Source of the DNA: a virus
Direction: 5' to 3' (one strand)
Virus record (IMG/VR): IMGVR_UViG_3300044614_002617
Coordinates: 1 to 64,000 of that record
Length of the DNA: 64,000 nt
Part shown: positions 31,501 to 40,501 of the stretch, in pieces
Layout of the letters: each line of letters starts with the position of its first letter
How positions within the stretch are numbered: position 1 is the first letter of the stretch
The notes under the pieces: model-generated
Told to the model about the DNA's origin: nothing
The model's database searches: none
The model's input: only the letters and a program-made list of their open reading frames with translations
Position numbers and translations under genes: made by a program

Positions 31501-34456
31501 ACAAAGGGCAATGACTGCAGAAGCAGCCCTTGCAGCAAGAGTCGATGCAGTTCTCTCAAATATTGATCCGGATGCTCTTGATTCCTTGTCTGAAATTGTA
31601 ACTGCATTTCAAGCAGCCGATGCTAATATTCAAGGAACAATTTCAGAGCTTGCCAATAATGGTGCTGCCGGCATTCAAGCAGAAGCATCCGCTCGTGAAG
31701 CTGCTGACTTTGCAGAACAATCTGCTCGTATGGCAGCCGACAGTGCAATCGCAGCTGCGCTTGACGCCGAGATTGCCGCAAGAACAGCCGATGTTGCGAA
31801 CGAAAGTGCAGCTCGAATTGCGGCAATAAGTGCCGAAACAGTTGCCCGTCAAACCGAAGGCTCCGAATTGCGGGCAGAAATTGAAGCAGAAGCAGCTCGC
31901 GCTAATATTGCAGAGTCTTCTCTCCAGAATGCTTTGAGCGCAGAAATCGTTCGTGCCCAGACTGCCGAAGCCGATCTTCAATCTTTACTTAGCGCAGAAA
32001 CCTTTGAGCGCCAAAATGCTATTTCCGCTGAGATGTTAGCGCGCTCAGCCGCCGATAGCGGACTGCAGAACAACATCGACGCAGTTGCAATGAGTCTTGC
32101 TCAAGAGCTTCTAGATCGCACCTCTGGTGATGCAAGTGTATTGGCGTCTGCTCAGGCATATGCTGATCAAAAAATCTCTGACCTTGTTAATTCTGCTCCT
32201 GCAGTTCTTAACACTCTCAAAGAACTTTCCGATGCACTTGGCGGCGATCAGAATTTTGCAGCTACTGTCGCCGGTCAAATCGGTGACGTTCAAGCTAATG
32301 TTGATGCCGAAGAAGCAAGAGCGATTGCAGTTGAAGCTTCATTACAGGCTTCAGTAGCTATCCTTCAGGGTGCTCTTGATTCAGAAGTAATTGCACGAGC
32401 TGCCGCTGATGATTTGATTCAAGCTTCTATCGCAACAGAAGCATCTAATCGTGCTCAGGAAGTCGCCGATGAGATGACCGCTCGTCAAGCAGCCGATGCC
32501 GCTATCGCAGCAGACCTTGCCGATGAGGCGGCTCGCGCAACAAATGCGGAAGATGTTCTCGACGCTAAGATTGATCAGGAAATTTTTGACCGTTCAGAAG
32601 CAATTACAAGTGAACAGCAATCTCGCCAAAGCGCAGACAATGCTTTGCAAAGCTCAATTACCCTAGAGGCTTCAAATCGTTCTGCGGAAGATGCTGTATT
32701 AAATACAAAAATTGTTGATATTAACTTAAATCTTAATACACAGATTATTTCGCTATTTGAAAACAATGCCGCTGTATACGCCGATGCGCTTGCTGGCACT
32801 CAAGACCCAAACAATCGAGATGGTTGGTATTTTAAAAATGCTACTCAAGGGCAGAAAATTAACTGGTATTTCTTTGACGGATCTAAAGAGAATATTTCTC
32901 TTGGAGACTTTAGTGCATACGCGGTGGTAACTTTTGACTCAGTTGTTAGTAAGCCATTCTTGGCGGTTTATACAACTCCGACTGCATCCGGAAACGCAGC
33001 CAGCTGGTATAAATCAAGAGTAGTTTACGTTGCTGACAGTTCTGCTGTGGTTGGCGTTAAGTATCTCATGCACTTTGGTCAAGACCCTAAAGTTCACCCT
33101 GAGCTGCCTCGCCTATCTATGTCTCCATCATCTAGCTCAAATGGTACAAGAGACGCTTCTGAGCGCATATTGACAGCCGCACTTGGTTCAGATTCAGGAA
33201 CTTCTGCGAATAACTGTCAATTTGTTGCCGAGTCGGTCGGCGTTTATAGCCCTGCAATTAAACGTAAATCCAAGCTTGAGATTCGCAAGTCTTCTAGGAT
33301 TGACTTAAATGCTGAAATTACCAGCAGAACGGCTGGGGATGCTCAGGCTGTCCAGACAGCTAAAAGCTACACAGATGCTCAAATTGCAGCACTTAATTAC
33401 GTTTCATCTGTCAATGGTCTAGCTGGGGCAGTTAGCTTAGGGTCTGACCAAATTACTGAAGGTTCACAAAACCTTTACTTCACGGAAATGCGAGCAAAAA
33501 GCGCCGCCGTTGTTAATAATATGTCTGGTTCGCAATCGGACTTAGCTCCGTCCGTATCCGCAGTTAAAACTTATGCTGCCCAATACATGAAAAAAGGCTC
33601 TGCAATTTGGTGTTTGGCCGGCGGCGAATACCCAACTTTGCAAGCAGCTATTGATGCGGCTTCTCCCGGACAGGTGATTCTTCTTGGCGAAGGCACTTGG
33701 GGCGACGCAACACTTAAGGGGCGCGTTGATATTATTGGTTTAGGTGCTCCTAAAAATACTAATATCGTTGTTGGTAAACTTAGTTTTGCTCCAACGAGTG
33801 GTTCTGCTGTAGACAATCAAGTGTTTCTTTCAAATATGCTTATTAGCGCTAGTTCCACTGCTAGCGGCATATCACTTGGCGGTACGGCTCCGGTTCGTCT
33901 TAATTTAAATGGCTGTTATGTATATAGAGGTTCTGGCACGTCAACCTTAGTAAGCTTAGCAAATACAGACACAACCGCAACGACTGTAAGAATGGATGGG
34001 TGTGCTGTCATTTCCGGAGGAACGGACGGAACGCTTGTTACAAGCAGCGTTAGATACTTGAGAATCACGAGTTCGGAATTTTCAGGTGCCTCAAAAGCAT
34101 TTATTGTAAATGGTGGCCTTACCCAGATTGCTATTTCTAATATTGAAACAAACTCCGCTACGGAAATTATTCAAGTTACAGCAGGTGCAACATGTACGGT
34201 TAGTACATGCCTTGTTCGTAACCTAACAACAAACGGAAGCGGCGTTTCCGTTGCAACAAACGGCGTTTTTATTGCATCTACTCTTGCTATGTTTGATGTG
34301 GCAAGCGGGACAGGATACTGTGTAAGAGGTACGGGAACAATGATCTACGATATGATTTCTTTTAATCATATTGCTGTTTTGCAGCCAAGAAACATAAAAT
34401 TGCAAAACACTCTCAGCGTTGTTCAGCTGCCTTCTACACCCACCTTAGTGCCGTGA
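28568..34456 (+). CDS. Very long coiled-coil fibre protein with C-terminal beta-helix (pectin-lyase-like) head
   Basis: About 1350 aa of 'E..AR..AD..L' heptad-like repeats with recurring 'LDSLSEIV.AFQ.AD' nodes and a 'LNTLKELSDAL' fibre motif. The C-terminus has a 'YPTLQAAIDAA..G..I.L..G' beta-helix cap. Confidence 0.7.
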   Translation: MALKDKTKLHIRYSLVNPDAAEDLINSVEQRSDADIAADAELFAAIQNEQAARIASDSTIHNKINAEAAARNNSLAMESEARRTADDELEERLDVVQGSDAVAGSIANSLKNAKAYTDSSVSTESARAINAEASLSAKINNMASNVDPVALDSLSEIVSAFQDADSNLNSAITTLANNGTANLNAEKTARMAADALLSGRLDVLEGSDTVTGSVAKALKDAKAHTDAEKAERIAAVSVEKNSRIAAIDVEATARELADNIEKSERVAADSAERASRTAAISAEAQSRRDADGLLQASIVNAELSLAESLNNQKNTLEASIDNEVFARTQADANLSSSLSSEVNRAQSAESGLSNALFAEVARAQAAEVALQSSLDVEISARQISDADMSALLGAEQTARQNADAILQANISSEQAARIAADNQLQNAINIESTSRKAEIAEEMSARKANDVNLQNMIALESTQRAEADSAIQNSLALESASRQNSDNTIQNNLNAEIVLRQSALATEAAARQSADLVLQGNLDAEKTARENADNSLQVSINNEVLARQSAVAAEAAARQAADAALQASINNVLSNLDTGALDSLSEIVAAFQDADSNLQGAISSLAVNSSSKVDDEATARIAADNSLAAAIELEAQERDEAYQSLQNQMDSEISTRQDEIDAEITARQNADSSLEAAIAAEQSSRASGDNFLQIQVDELADYFKTQQQASSISSTNALNAEASLRQSSDEALQAAIDSEAARALAAESALAVRIDNVLSNIDPDALDSLAEAVTAFQAADSEIQAAISSLASSGAAGLDEERSARAAGDVVLEASLSAEAAARELEDASIRSALSAEIAVREASNFAEMSRAIAAEVAVQENLNAEVLRAVGAEAALQVALSDEASSRVAAVTEAQDSINIEKTARMAADTQLQEKIDVEVSNRIAADNSESAARLAADNDLSNRIDILEGSDAIVGSVAKALKDAKAHTDAEVSTEQQRAMTAEAALAARVDAVLSNIDPDALDSLSEIVTAFQAADANIQGTISELANNGAAGIQAEASAREAADFAEQSARMAADSAIAAALDAEIAARTADVANESAARIAAISAETVARQTEGSELRAEIEAEAARANIAESSLQNALSAEIVRAQTAEADLQSLLSAETFERQNAISAEMLARSAADSGLQNNIDAVAMSLAQELLDRTSGDASVLASAQAYADQKISDLVNSAPAVLNTLKELSDALGGDQNFAATVAGQIGDVQANVDAEEARAIAVEASLQASVAILQGALDSEVIARAAADDLIQASIATEASNRAQEVADEMTARQAADAAIAADLADEAARATNAEDVLDAKIDQEIFDRSEAITSEQQSRQSADNALQSSITLEASNRSAEDAVLNTKIVDINLNLNTQIISLFENNAAVYADALAGTQDPNNRDGWYFKNATQGQKINWYFFDGSKENISLGDFSAYAVVTFDSVVSKPFLAVYTTPTASGNAASWYKSRVVYVADSSAVVGVKYLMHFGQDPKVHPELPRLSMSPSSSSNGTRDASERILTAALGSDSGTSANNCQFVAESVGVYSPAIKRKSKLEIRKSSRIDLNAEITSRTAGDAQAVQTAKSYTDAQIAALNYVSSVNGLAGAVSLGSDQITEGSQNLYFTEMRAKSAAVVNNMSGSQSDLAPSVSAVKTYAAQYMKKGSAIWCLAGGEYPTLQAAIDAASPGQVILLGEGTWGDATLKGRVDIIGLGAPKNTNIVVGKLSFAPTSGSAVDNQVFLSNMLISASSTASGISLGGTAPVRLNLNGCYVYRGSGTSTLVSLANTDTTATTVRMDGCAVISGGTDGTLVTSSVRYLRITSSEFSGASKAFIVNGGLTQIAISNIETNSATEIIQVTAGATCTVSTCLVRNLTTNGSGVSVATNGVFIASTLAMFDVASGTGYCVRGTGTMIYDMISFNHIAVLQPRNIKLQNTLSVVQLPSTPTLVP

Positions 34457-34791
34457 TGATTGTTGGTCACCTAAAAGATGTTGTTAAGGGAAAAGCAAAG
34501 TTTTTCTCAAGACGCTCTTCTAGGTGGCCATCATTGCGTAAATCTTATCTGGAGACTCATAACTCATGTGCGGCTTGCGGCTGCACTGAGTTTTTAGAGG
34601 TACACCACATCGAACCTTTTCATGAGAACCCCGCCCTAGAGCTAGACGCAAACAATCTAATTACGTTATGCGACAAACCCGGTAAAGATAATTGTCATTT
34701 AGAAATAGGCCATCTTGGTAGTTTTAGAAACAAAAACCCCAACGTCCGAGAAGACGCAGCCAAAATTCTTCAAGAAAAAACTAAAGAATAG
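34453..34791 (+). CDS. HNH endonuclease
   Basis: 'CAACG....LEVHHI.P......LD..NLITLC....CH...GH'. Located between TerL and portal, as packaging-associated HNHs often are. Confidence 0.85.
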   Translation: MMIVGHLKDVVKGKAKFFSRRSSRWPSLRKSYLETHNSCAACGCTEFLEVHHIEPFHENPALELDANNLITLCDKPGKDNCHLEIGHLGSFRNKNPNVREDAAKILQEKTKE

Positions 34792-34808
34792 TTTCTACAA
34801 TCCGATAA
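34782..34808 (+). promoter_or_regulatory. sigma28/FliA-type promoter TAAA-N15-TCCGATAA
   Basis: Canonical spacing, followed by a GGGGG RBS and ATG 34828. Confidence 0.7.
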
Positions 34809-34827
34809 ATAATCATGGGGGTATCCT

Positions 34828-34932
34828 ATGAAATTTGTTTTGGGCGCAATCGGTGTGTTTTTTAGTTATTTCATAATTAAAATCACAATGTTCTGGATCG
34901 GATTGTGCGTGTGGATTTTAAATTTGCTGTAA
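34828..34932 (+). CDS. 34-aa hydrophobic membrane peptide
   Basis: Read manually: MKFVLGAIGVFFSYFIIKITMFWIGLCVWILNLL. GGGGG RBS. Confidence 0.5.
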   Translation: MKFVLGAIGVFFSYFIIKITMFWIGLCVWILNLL

Positions 34933-34967
34933 AATTAAGTTGGCTGCTCACCCAATAAAGGAAAGAA

Positions 34968-35288
34968 ATGAAAAATATTTACGTTTGCGCTCCGTGGCGT
35001 GACCCCAACTCTATCTTGCAGTTTAATCAAATCTGTAATAAAATCATTGAGATGGGTAATAATCCTGTATGTTGGGCTACGGCATATCACTCTCTTCTTG
35101 ACTTTTCCGATTACAAAAACAGAGACAAAGCCGTTGCCATGGGGCTAATGCTAATGCACGGATGTCACGAAATATGGGTTTTTGGAGCAAAAACGCCGAT
35201 AATGCTTCAGGAGCTAGAAGCCGCTGCCGAAAAAAACATTCAAATTATAGAATACTCTATTCTTGACTTTCTTTGCAGTTCAAGGTAA
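34968..35288 (+). CDS. DUF4406 / nucleoside deoxyribosyltransferase-like Rossmannoid protein
   Basis: 'IYVCAPW...GNNPV...CHEIWVFG....M..ELEAA' pattern. Confidence 0.55.
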   Translation: MKNIYVCAPWRDPNSILQFNQICNKIIEMGNNPVCWATAYHSLLDFSDYKNRDKAVAMGLMLMHGCHEIWVFGAKTPIMLQELEAAAEKNIQIIEYSILDFLCSSR

Positions 35289-35291
35289 AAT
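35263..35291 (+). promoter_or_regulatory. sigma70-type promoter TTGACT-N17-TAAAAT
   Basis: Upstream of the 35316/portal operon. Confidence 0.6.
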
Positions 35292-35315
35292 GTCAAAGAC
35301 TATAGGAGTTTTGGC

Positions 35316-36296
35316 ATGTCCTATCTATCCTTGACTTTAAATACAGCGGCTTCTTCGGTTGAAAATCCGCTCAAATCAACGACCGCCTCGACTATGAATT
35401 TTGAGGTCGGTGGCCTAAAGTTAGATATTGCTGAAGGGTTTTCTGTTTCTCTAGACCCCTACGAAGAAAGAGTAATTGCTTCTACTCGAAAATCATTGAG
35501 TTTAGACAGCACGACCCAGATTGAAATTATTCAACCGTACAACAGCTTAGATCAAGAATCTTTGTGGAGAGTCAGATGGATTGGAGGAACTAATCCAAAC
35601 TTTCGTGTTCGTCGTGCACTAACCGTTAATGATTTGACTACCGTAAGTGTAACTAGGCTAAACGATAATGTAACTCGCGTGCAATTTTCTGGCGCAATAG
35701 GCTCTAATGTTAAACTAAACGATATTCTTTTATTTGAAAAAGATAATGATATTGGACTGCAATCTCCGTTTAATGCAGTTAATACCGGAGTTCCATGTCG
35801 AATTGTAGGTATTAGTTCCAATTATTTAGATGTAGAAGATTTTGGAGTTTTGGTAAACGATCCAAATGTTTTGATGGGTTTTGATTATTTAGATATTTTA
35901 AAAGTTTTTTCTTCGTTTGGGGCGCAAACAACGGATACTTTAAATATCACGTCTACCGCTTTCAATTACGGAAACAGAGGCGCGTTTAAAATTGTTGCCG
36001 TCTCTGCCGATTATATTGACATCGAGGCACCGTCATTGGTGCCCGAAACGGTGACTAACATTACGGAAGGGTTTAGGATTTTTATTAATACTATTTATTA
36101 TATTGCACTAAAAGCAAAAGGCTCGTTTAAGTTAATGATTGACGAAAAAGAGCTTGACCTCTCTCCCTTAAATGATACAGCTATATTTGCAAGCTCTGTA
36201 ACTTGTTCAGAGATTATTGTTAAAAATCATTCAGACGGTATGCTTATGGTTGAAGGTTTGTGGTGTGCCTCTGGAATGAACGGAACTGCTTGTTAA
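35316..36296 (+). CDS. Beta-rich putative virion protein
   Basis: 326 aa with an AGGAG RBS, immediately upstream of portal. Confidence 0.5.
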   Translation: MSYLSLTLNTAASSVENPLKSTTASTMNFEVGGLKLDIAEGFSVSLDPYEERVIASTRKSLSLDSTTQIEIIQPYNSLDQESLWRVRWIGGTNPNFRVRRALTVNDLTTVSVTRLNDNVTRVQFSGAIGSNVKLNDILLFEKDNDIGLQSPFNAVNTGVPCRIVGISSNYLDVEDFGVLVNDPNVLMGFDYLDILKVFSSFGAQTTDTLNITSTAFNYGNRGAFKIVAVSADYIDIEAPSLVPETVTNITEGFRIFINTIYYIALKAKGSFKLMIDEKELDLSPLNDTAIFASSVTCSEIIVKNHSDGMLMVEGLWCASGMNGTAC

Positions 36297-36311
36297 TAAT
36301 AGGAAATTTCA

Positions 36312-38309
36312 ATGTCAGATGATAAGAAAATTACTATCAAAATAGCAGATGGCGTAAGTCCAGACGAAAATATTAACGTCAACTCTATTGACGACGTAAC
36401 TGGAATTATTAAGCAACGTCTTGGGCGCACAATGCTGTCTAAGTCCGATGTTCAAAAAATCAACGAAGAAGAGTTTAAGAAGCGCAAATACAAACAATCT
36501 AAAGTCAAGTTTGGTTCACGTTTTAATACTCGTATTGGCGTAGGCGACTCTCTTTCAAAAGAACCTAAGCGCCTCTCAGACGCTGAGCTCAAAGAACTTT
36601 CTCTTATCGACCCCTATATTGGGGCAATCATCAATACCCGCGTTGCCCAGATTTCCAGCTTCGGCGCTCGGTCTGAGTCTAAGTTTGACAAGGGTGTTCG
36701 CGTTATTGATTTAGAAGAAATTCGCCGCGAAGATTTTGATAACGAAGAAGCCTTCGAGCGTGAACTCAAGCTCCGCGAAGCAGAAAAGAAAGCTATTCTT
36801 GAGTGGGTATTAAAGTGCGGAACTTCTGACAAAAAAGTTCTTGACGAAATGTACGAGGCCGCCGATCCTACCTTTAAACACTGTTCGCTGAAAGATTACT
36901 TTCAGGCTCAAACTCGCGCCCTGTTGACATTTGGTCGCAGCGCTCGCCAGAACCTTTTGAACGCTGATGGGACTATCTGTGCCTTCAGGCCAACTCCGAT
37001 TGAGACTATTAAGCAAGTCAAGTTTGGTTCTAAGGTTCACGTAACGGCAGTCTCTGATATCGCGCAGCAGTCAGAGGCGGACGCCGCTGAATACAACAAG
37101 ATTCCTGTCAACGAAAAGCCCATTGCCTACGTTCAAGAGGTAGATGGCGTTCAGACTGGCTTTTTTACAGAAGAAGACCTGAAAGTTGTTTACTACCAAG
37201 TCCAGTCATTCCTCGACCTCAATGGTTATCCTATGGGGCCGATTGAGTTCGCTTTGTTTTTGGTTTATATCCATCAGCACACCCTCAGCTACCTTCGTAA
37301 TCAGTTTGTTAAAGGACAGCTCTCTAAGAGTATGATTGTGGTCAGGCCCACCGACCCATCAGTCAAAATCTCCGACGAAGATATTGAGTCTTTTAAAATG
37401 GAGATTCAAAACCTAGCGACAAGAACAGACAATAGTTCTGTTATTCCGGTTATTGGCGGCCCCGTTGAGCTTGAGCTCATCAAGACAACGGAAACTCCAA
37501 AAGACATGGAATGGATGCAAGTTGAACAGACTGTTATTCGTGCGTTATGCTCCGCTTTCCAAATCTCCCCTACAGAAGCTGGCTTTGGGCAGCTTGGCGA
37601 CACCGCAGGTATGGGTCAAGGCAGTCGTGACTACGAACTCGTTCAGGGTGAAGAGCGCGGCCTCAGGCTCCTTGTAGATATCTTAATGGAAGATGTCAAC
37701 GATGCTGTTTATCAAAACTTCCCAGAAGCTAAAAAACGCTACAGGGTTGCGGCGTTTGGTATTGGTAATGAAACACGCGAAGGTGTAATTCAGCGCCAAT
37801 CTCAAGAACTACAAACAACAGCGACTCTAAATTCGCTGTTCAGTGATTCTGACAAAAATCGTCAATTTGAGTTCGGCGGCGATGTTCCCTTAGCTCCTCT
37901 GTTTCATCAGAATGTGGCTCGATACATGACTTATGGAAAGTTTATGGAGGCGTATTTTGGAATGGAAGGTGCCTCTAAGCGTCCAGAGCTAGACTTTATT
38001 ATCGACCCTAGTCTTAACCAAGCTTATCAGCAACTTAAGATGGGTATGCAGCAGATGCAGGCTCAGCAGCAAGCGCTCGGGCTGGAAGGTCAAAAAATGC
38101 AGCTCGAGGCACAGCAAGCTCAGATGCAACAAGCGGCTCAGGGCGAGCAGCAAGCTCAACAGAGCCAACCACAGCCACAACCAGAAGAGCAGCAAAAGTC
38201 AGAAGACGTTGAGCTTCAAAAGGCATGGGAAGAATCCATGAAGGCTAATCACGAAAGTCTGTTAAAATCATGGCTTAGAGTTCATGACTCGAAGATTGAT
38301 GAAGAGTGA
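36312..38309 (+). CDS. Portal protein
   Basis: 'AIINTRVAQ', 'GYPMGPIE', 'KDMEW...IRALCSAFQISPTEAG' and 'RGLR.L' portal motifs. Gln-rich C-terminal tail. Confidence 0.85.
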   Translation: MSDDKKITIKIADGVSPDENINVNSIDDVTGIIKQRLGRTMLSKSDVQKINEEEFKKRKYKQSKVKFGSRFNTRIGVGDSLSKEPKRLSDAELKELSLIDPYIGAIINTRVAQISSFGARSESKFDKGVRVIDLEEIRREDFDNEEAFERELKLREAEKKAILEWVLKCGTSDKKVLDEMYEAADPTFKHCSLKDYFQAQTRALLTFGRSARQNLLNADGTICAFRPTPIETIKQVKFGSKVHVTAVSDIAQQSEADAAEYNKIPVNEKPIAYVQEVDGVQTGFFTEEDLKVVYYQVQSFLDLNGYPMGPIEFALFLVYIHQHTLSYLRNQFVKGQLSKSMIVVRPTDPSVKISDEDIESFKMEIQNLATRTDNSSVIPVIGGPVELELIKTTETPKDMEWMQVEQTVIRALCSAFQISPTEAGFGQLGDTAGMGQGSRDYELVQGEERGLRLLVDILMEDVNDAVYQNFPEAKKRYRVAAFGIGNETREGVIQRQSQELQTTATLNSLFSDSDKNRQFEFGGDVPLAPLFHQNVARYMTYGKFMEAYFGMEGASKRPELDFIIDPSLNQAYQQLKMGMQQMQAQQQALGLEGQKMQLEAQQAQMQQAAQGEQQAQQSQPQPQPEEQQKSEDVELQKAWEESMKANHESLLKSWLRVHDSKIDEE

Positions 38310-38310
38310 T

Positions 38311-38338
38311 TAAAGTTTGTTTTTATGTGTTCCGATAG
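38311..38338 (+). promoter_or_regulatory. sigma28/FliA-type promoter TAAAGTTT...TCCGATAG (N16)
   Basis: Directly after the portal stop, followed by a GGAGG RBS and ATG 38359. Confidence 0.65.
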
Positions 38339-38358
38339 TTAATGTGGAGGTACCTGTT

Positions 38359-38661
38359 ATGGCAAATAAAGCTCAAGAGGCGCGTGAAGTGGCAGATAGT
38401 TTTAATCAACCAGAACAAAAAGCTAAGCGTATGGCTGAATTGGTTGGTCATATTGTAGATATTTTGATTGAAGATGCGTTGGCTGCCGCCAAGCGCGGGC
38501 TATACGATATGTCGTATAAGATGGAAGATATGGAAAAAGAACGTATCCGTATTGCTAACCTTCAAGAAGAAGAGGTTACTCGCGGCGTTATTGAAAAAAT
38601 GAATGAACTTGGCTTTCAGGCAGGTTTTGCTCGTCCATATATTAATGTTTCATGGAAATAA
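38359..38661 (+). CDS. Hypothetical protein
   Basis: ATG 38359 after a GGAGG RBS. Confidence 0.6.
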   Translation: MANKAQEAREVADSFNQPEQKAKRMAELVGHIVDILIEDALAAAKRGLYDMSYKMEDMEKERIRIANLQEEEVTRGVIEKMNELGFQAGFARPYINVSWK

Positions 38662-38888
38662 ATCAGTCTCTTGATCAGCTCATTGAGTTGGTCAAAAAAA
38701 TCCTATTAAAAAAGAAAACAAAAGTTATTGGAATTGAAGATTTAGGCAGATCTGCCCAAAAAGCAGATATAAAAGTTTTTCTTGACGAAGATAATGTTGC
38801 CGAGTTATGTTTTAGGCTGCGCGAAGAGAATATAATCGCTCGACCTCAAGGGAGGGGCATCTTTCGCCACATTAGAATTGTGGAGTAG
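38652..38888 (+). CDS. Hypothetical protein
   Basis: Overlaps the upstream gene in operon-like packing. Confidence 0.5.
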   Translation: MEINQSLDQLIELVKKILLKKKTKVIGIEDLGRSAQKADIKVFLDEDNVAELCFRLREENIIARPQGRGIFRHIRIVE

Positions 38889-38890
38889 TT

Positions 38891-39328
38891 ATGTCTGAAC
38901 ACGAAAAAATAGTAGAAACGCTGCTTGGTCGCAAAAGTAGATTGATTGCTGGTTCTAAGTCAGGCTATAGACGCCGTCATCCCAAAAACCTTATTTGCTT
39001 TAATGCGAATGTAGTCGTTGAGGGCTTGGGCAAGGTTTGGTATGGAGACTTGGACATTACCTTAGACGAGGCCTTGTTGGTTAGGCTGGCTCAGCTTCTT
39101 GAGAGAGAAGTTTATGTGCTCCAAGAGATGGACGGGCGGTTTGACAATGAAGAAGCACCTAAAGTTGAAAAGGCTGTATATAAGGTTGCCAAAATACCTT
39201 TTTTAAGCTGGCATGTGTACGAAGGTGAGATTCGCATTGAATATTATGAAAGAAGCAAGAAGAGCGGCGTTATTCAAGAAAAATCAAAAAAACAGATAGA
39301 CAAGATTATAGAAAGGCTTAAAGAGTAG
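38891..39328 (+). CDS. Conserved phage hypothetical protein
   Basis: 'GSKSGY...FNANV...KVWYGDLDIT.D...YVL.E.DGRF' pattern. GGAG RBS. Confidence 0.6.
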   Translation: MSEHEKIVETLLGRKSRLIAGSKSGYRRRHPKNLICFNANVVVEGLGKVWYGDLDITLDEALLVRLAQLLEREVYVLQEMDGRFDNEEAPKVEKAVYKVAKIPFLSWHVYEGEIRIEYYERSKKSGVIQEKSKKQIDKIIERLKE

Positions 39329-39382
39329 AGCGGAAAGCAGCTTTTGTTTAAATGAAAACATACTTTTCTTTATGGTGTTTAA

Positions 39383-39997
39383 GTGAAACCAAATCTTCCT
39401 ACAGTGACTCTTATTATTGCTGATTGCGTTGATTACGACAGAGCTAGATTGTCTTTTGAGCACTGTAGGGCGTTGTGTAATTTTGGGGACGCCAAGCTTC
39501 TAACTCACTTTGATACCCAAGATTCTAATGTAGTCAAAATCCCCCCAATCAAGTCTATTGAAGAATACTCTCACTTTATGATCAAAGACTTGGCCAACTA
39601 TTTTGACACTCAGCACGTCTTGGTGGCTCAATGGGATGGGTTTGTTTGGAAGCCAGAGCTGTGGGACAACAAGTTCCTGCAGTACGACTACATTGGCGCT
39701 CCATGGCCTGAGAGCGTTCTATTCAAGGGAGTTCCTAAGCATTTCAACGTCGGTAATGGTGGATTCTCTTTAAGAAGTAAAAGACTTCAAGATTTTTTAC
39801 GAGATGACGATAAGATTACTATGCACAGGGCAGAAGATGTAGCCATCTGTCAGCTCAATAGGGCATACTTGGAAGCCAAGGGGTTTACGTTTGCTCCGTT
39901 TGAGTTGGCCGAGAAGTTTAGTTGGGAATGTTTAGAAATGAGTCCAGCGTTTGGAGTTCATGCTAGGCTAAGGCTTGTTAATAGGAACAAAAGATGA
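39383..39997 (+). CDS. DUF5672-like glycosyltransferase-like (GT-A) protein
   Basis: 'QWDGFV', 'YDYIGAPW', 'VGNGGFSLRS', 'EDV' and 'FGVH' motifs. Confidence 0.75.
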   Translation: MKPNLPTVTLIIADCVDYDRARLSFEHCRALCNFGDAKLLTHFDTQDSNVVKIPPIKSIEEYSHFMIKDLANYFDTQHVLVAQWDGFVWKPELWDNKFLQYDYIGAPWPESVLFKGVPKHFNVGNGGFSLRSKRLQDFLRDDDKITMHRAEDVAICQLNRAYLEAKGFTFAPFELAEKFSWECLEMSPAFGVHARLRLVNRNKR

Positions 39998-40239
39998 TCA
40001 GACTACTACTGTTACTACTATTGGTTGGTTGTGCAACTGCTCCAAAGCCAAAACAGCCAGACTTGTGTGCAACTGTTTATGACCCTCATCTTTGCCTTAT
40101 TACTATTGACAGCACGACATTTGCCGCCCATGGCAGTAATCGTTGTGTTGCTGTTAGAAAGTTAAAAAAAACACTCGAAGAAAGAAACCACAATCCACTA
40201 ATAGTAGAAAAAGCGGAATGCGGAAGAGTCCATGAATAA
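39994..40239 (+). CDS. Lipoprotein with Kazal-like motif (paralog of 20095..20355)
   Basis: Lipobox LVGC and 'CATVYDPHLC...TF...SNRC'. Confidence 0.6.
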   Translation: MIRLLLLLLLVGCATAPKPKQPDLCATVYDPHLCLITIDSTTFAAHGSNRCVAVRKLKKTLEERNHNPLIVEKAECGRVHE

Positions 40240-40417
40240 TCTTTTGCAATTACAGAAAATTTATGATTTGGCAGTTGAGCTGTTCGGCGATAAAAAAACA
40301 GCAAATGAGTGGTTAAATACGCCAAATCATTTATTTTTTGATAAAACGCCGCTTGAGTATGCTCATAGTGTAAACGCTCAGAGTGTTATTGATACGTTGT
40401 TGGAAATGATGTTGTAA
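40232..40417 (+). CDS. Orphan Xre/MbcA/ParS C-terminal (DUF2384-like) antitoxin domain
   Basis: 'AVELFGD...ANEWLNTPN..F..KTPLE' motif. No HTH and no RES toxin nearby. Confidence 0.7.
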   Translation: MNNLLQLQKIYDLAVELFGDKKTANEWLNTPNHLFFDKTPLEYAHSVNAQSVIDTLLEMML

Positions 40418-40501
40418 GTGAAAATGATTTTATGTCTTGTTTATGTTTGAATCTGTGTATCGCAAAGCGACGGTAAACAAATGGGAGCCGGAGGACAAGC
40501 C

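Noticed and set aside
28650-33816. Many short alternative-frame and antisense ORFs inside the 1966-aa gene (and similarly inside other long genes)
   Set aside because: They are shadows of Ala-rich repetitive coding sequence, with no RBS or motifs.
34453-34791. Mobile intron/homing element
   Set aside because: It is a short stand-alone HNH that does not interrupt a gene. It better fits a packaging-associated HNH.
38035-38226. CAG/CAA-rich repeat as a separate element
   Set aside because: It encodes the Gln-rich tail of the portal protein.
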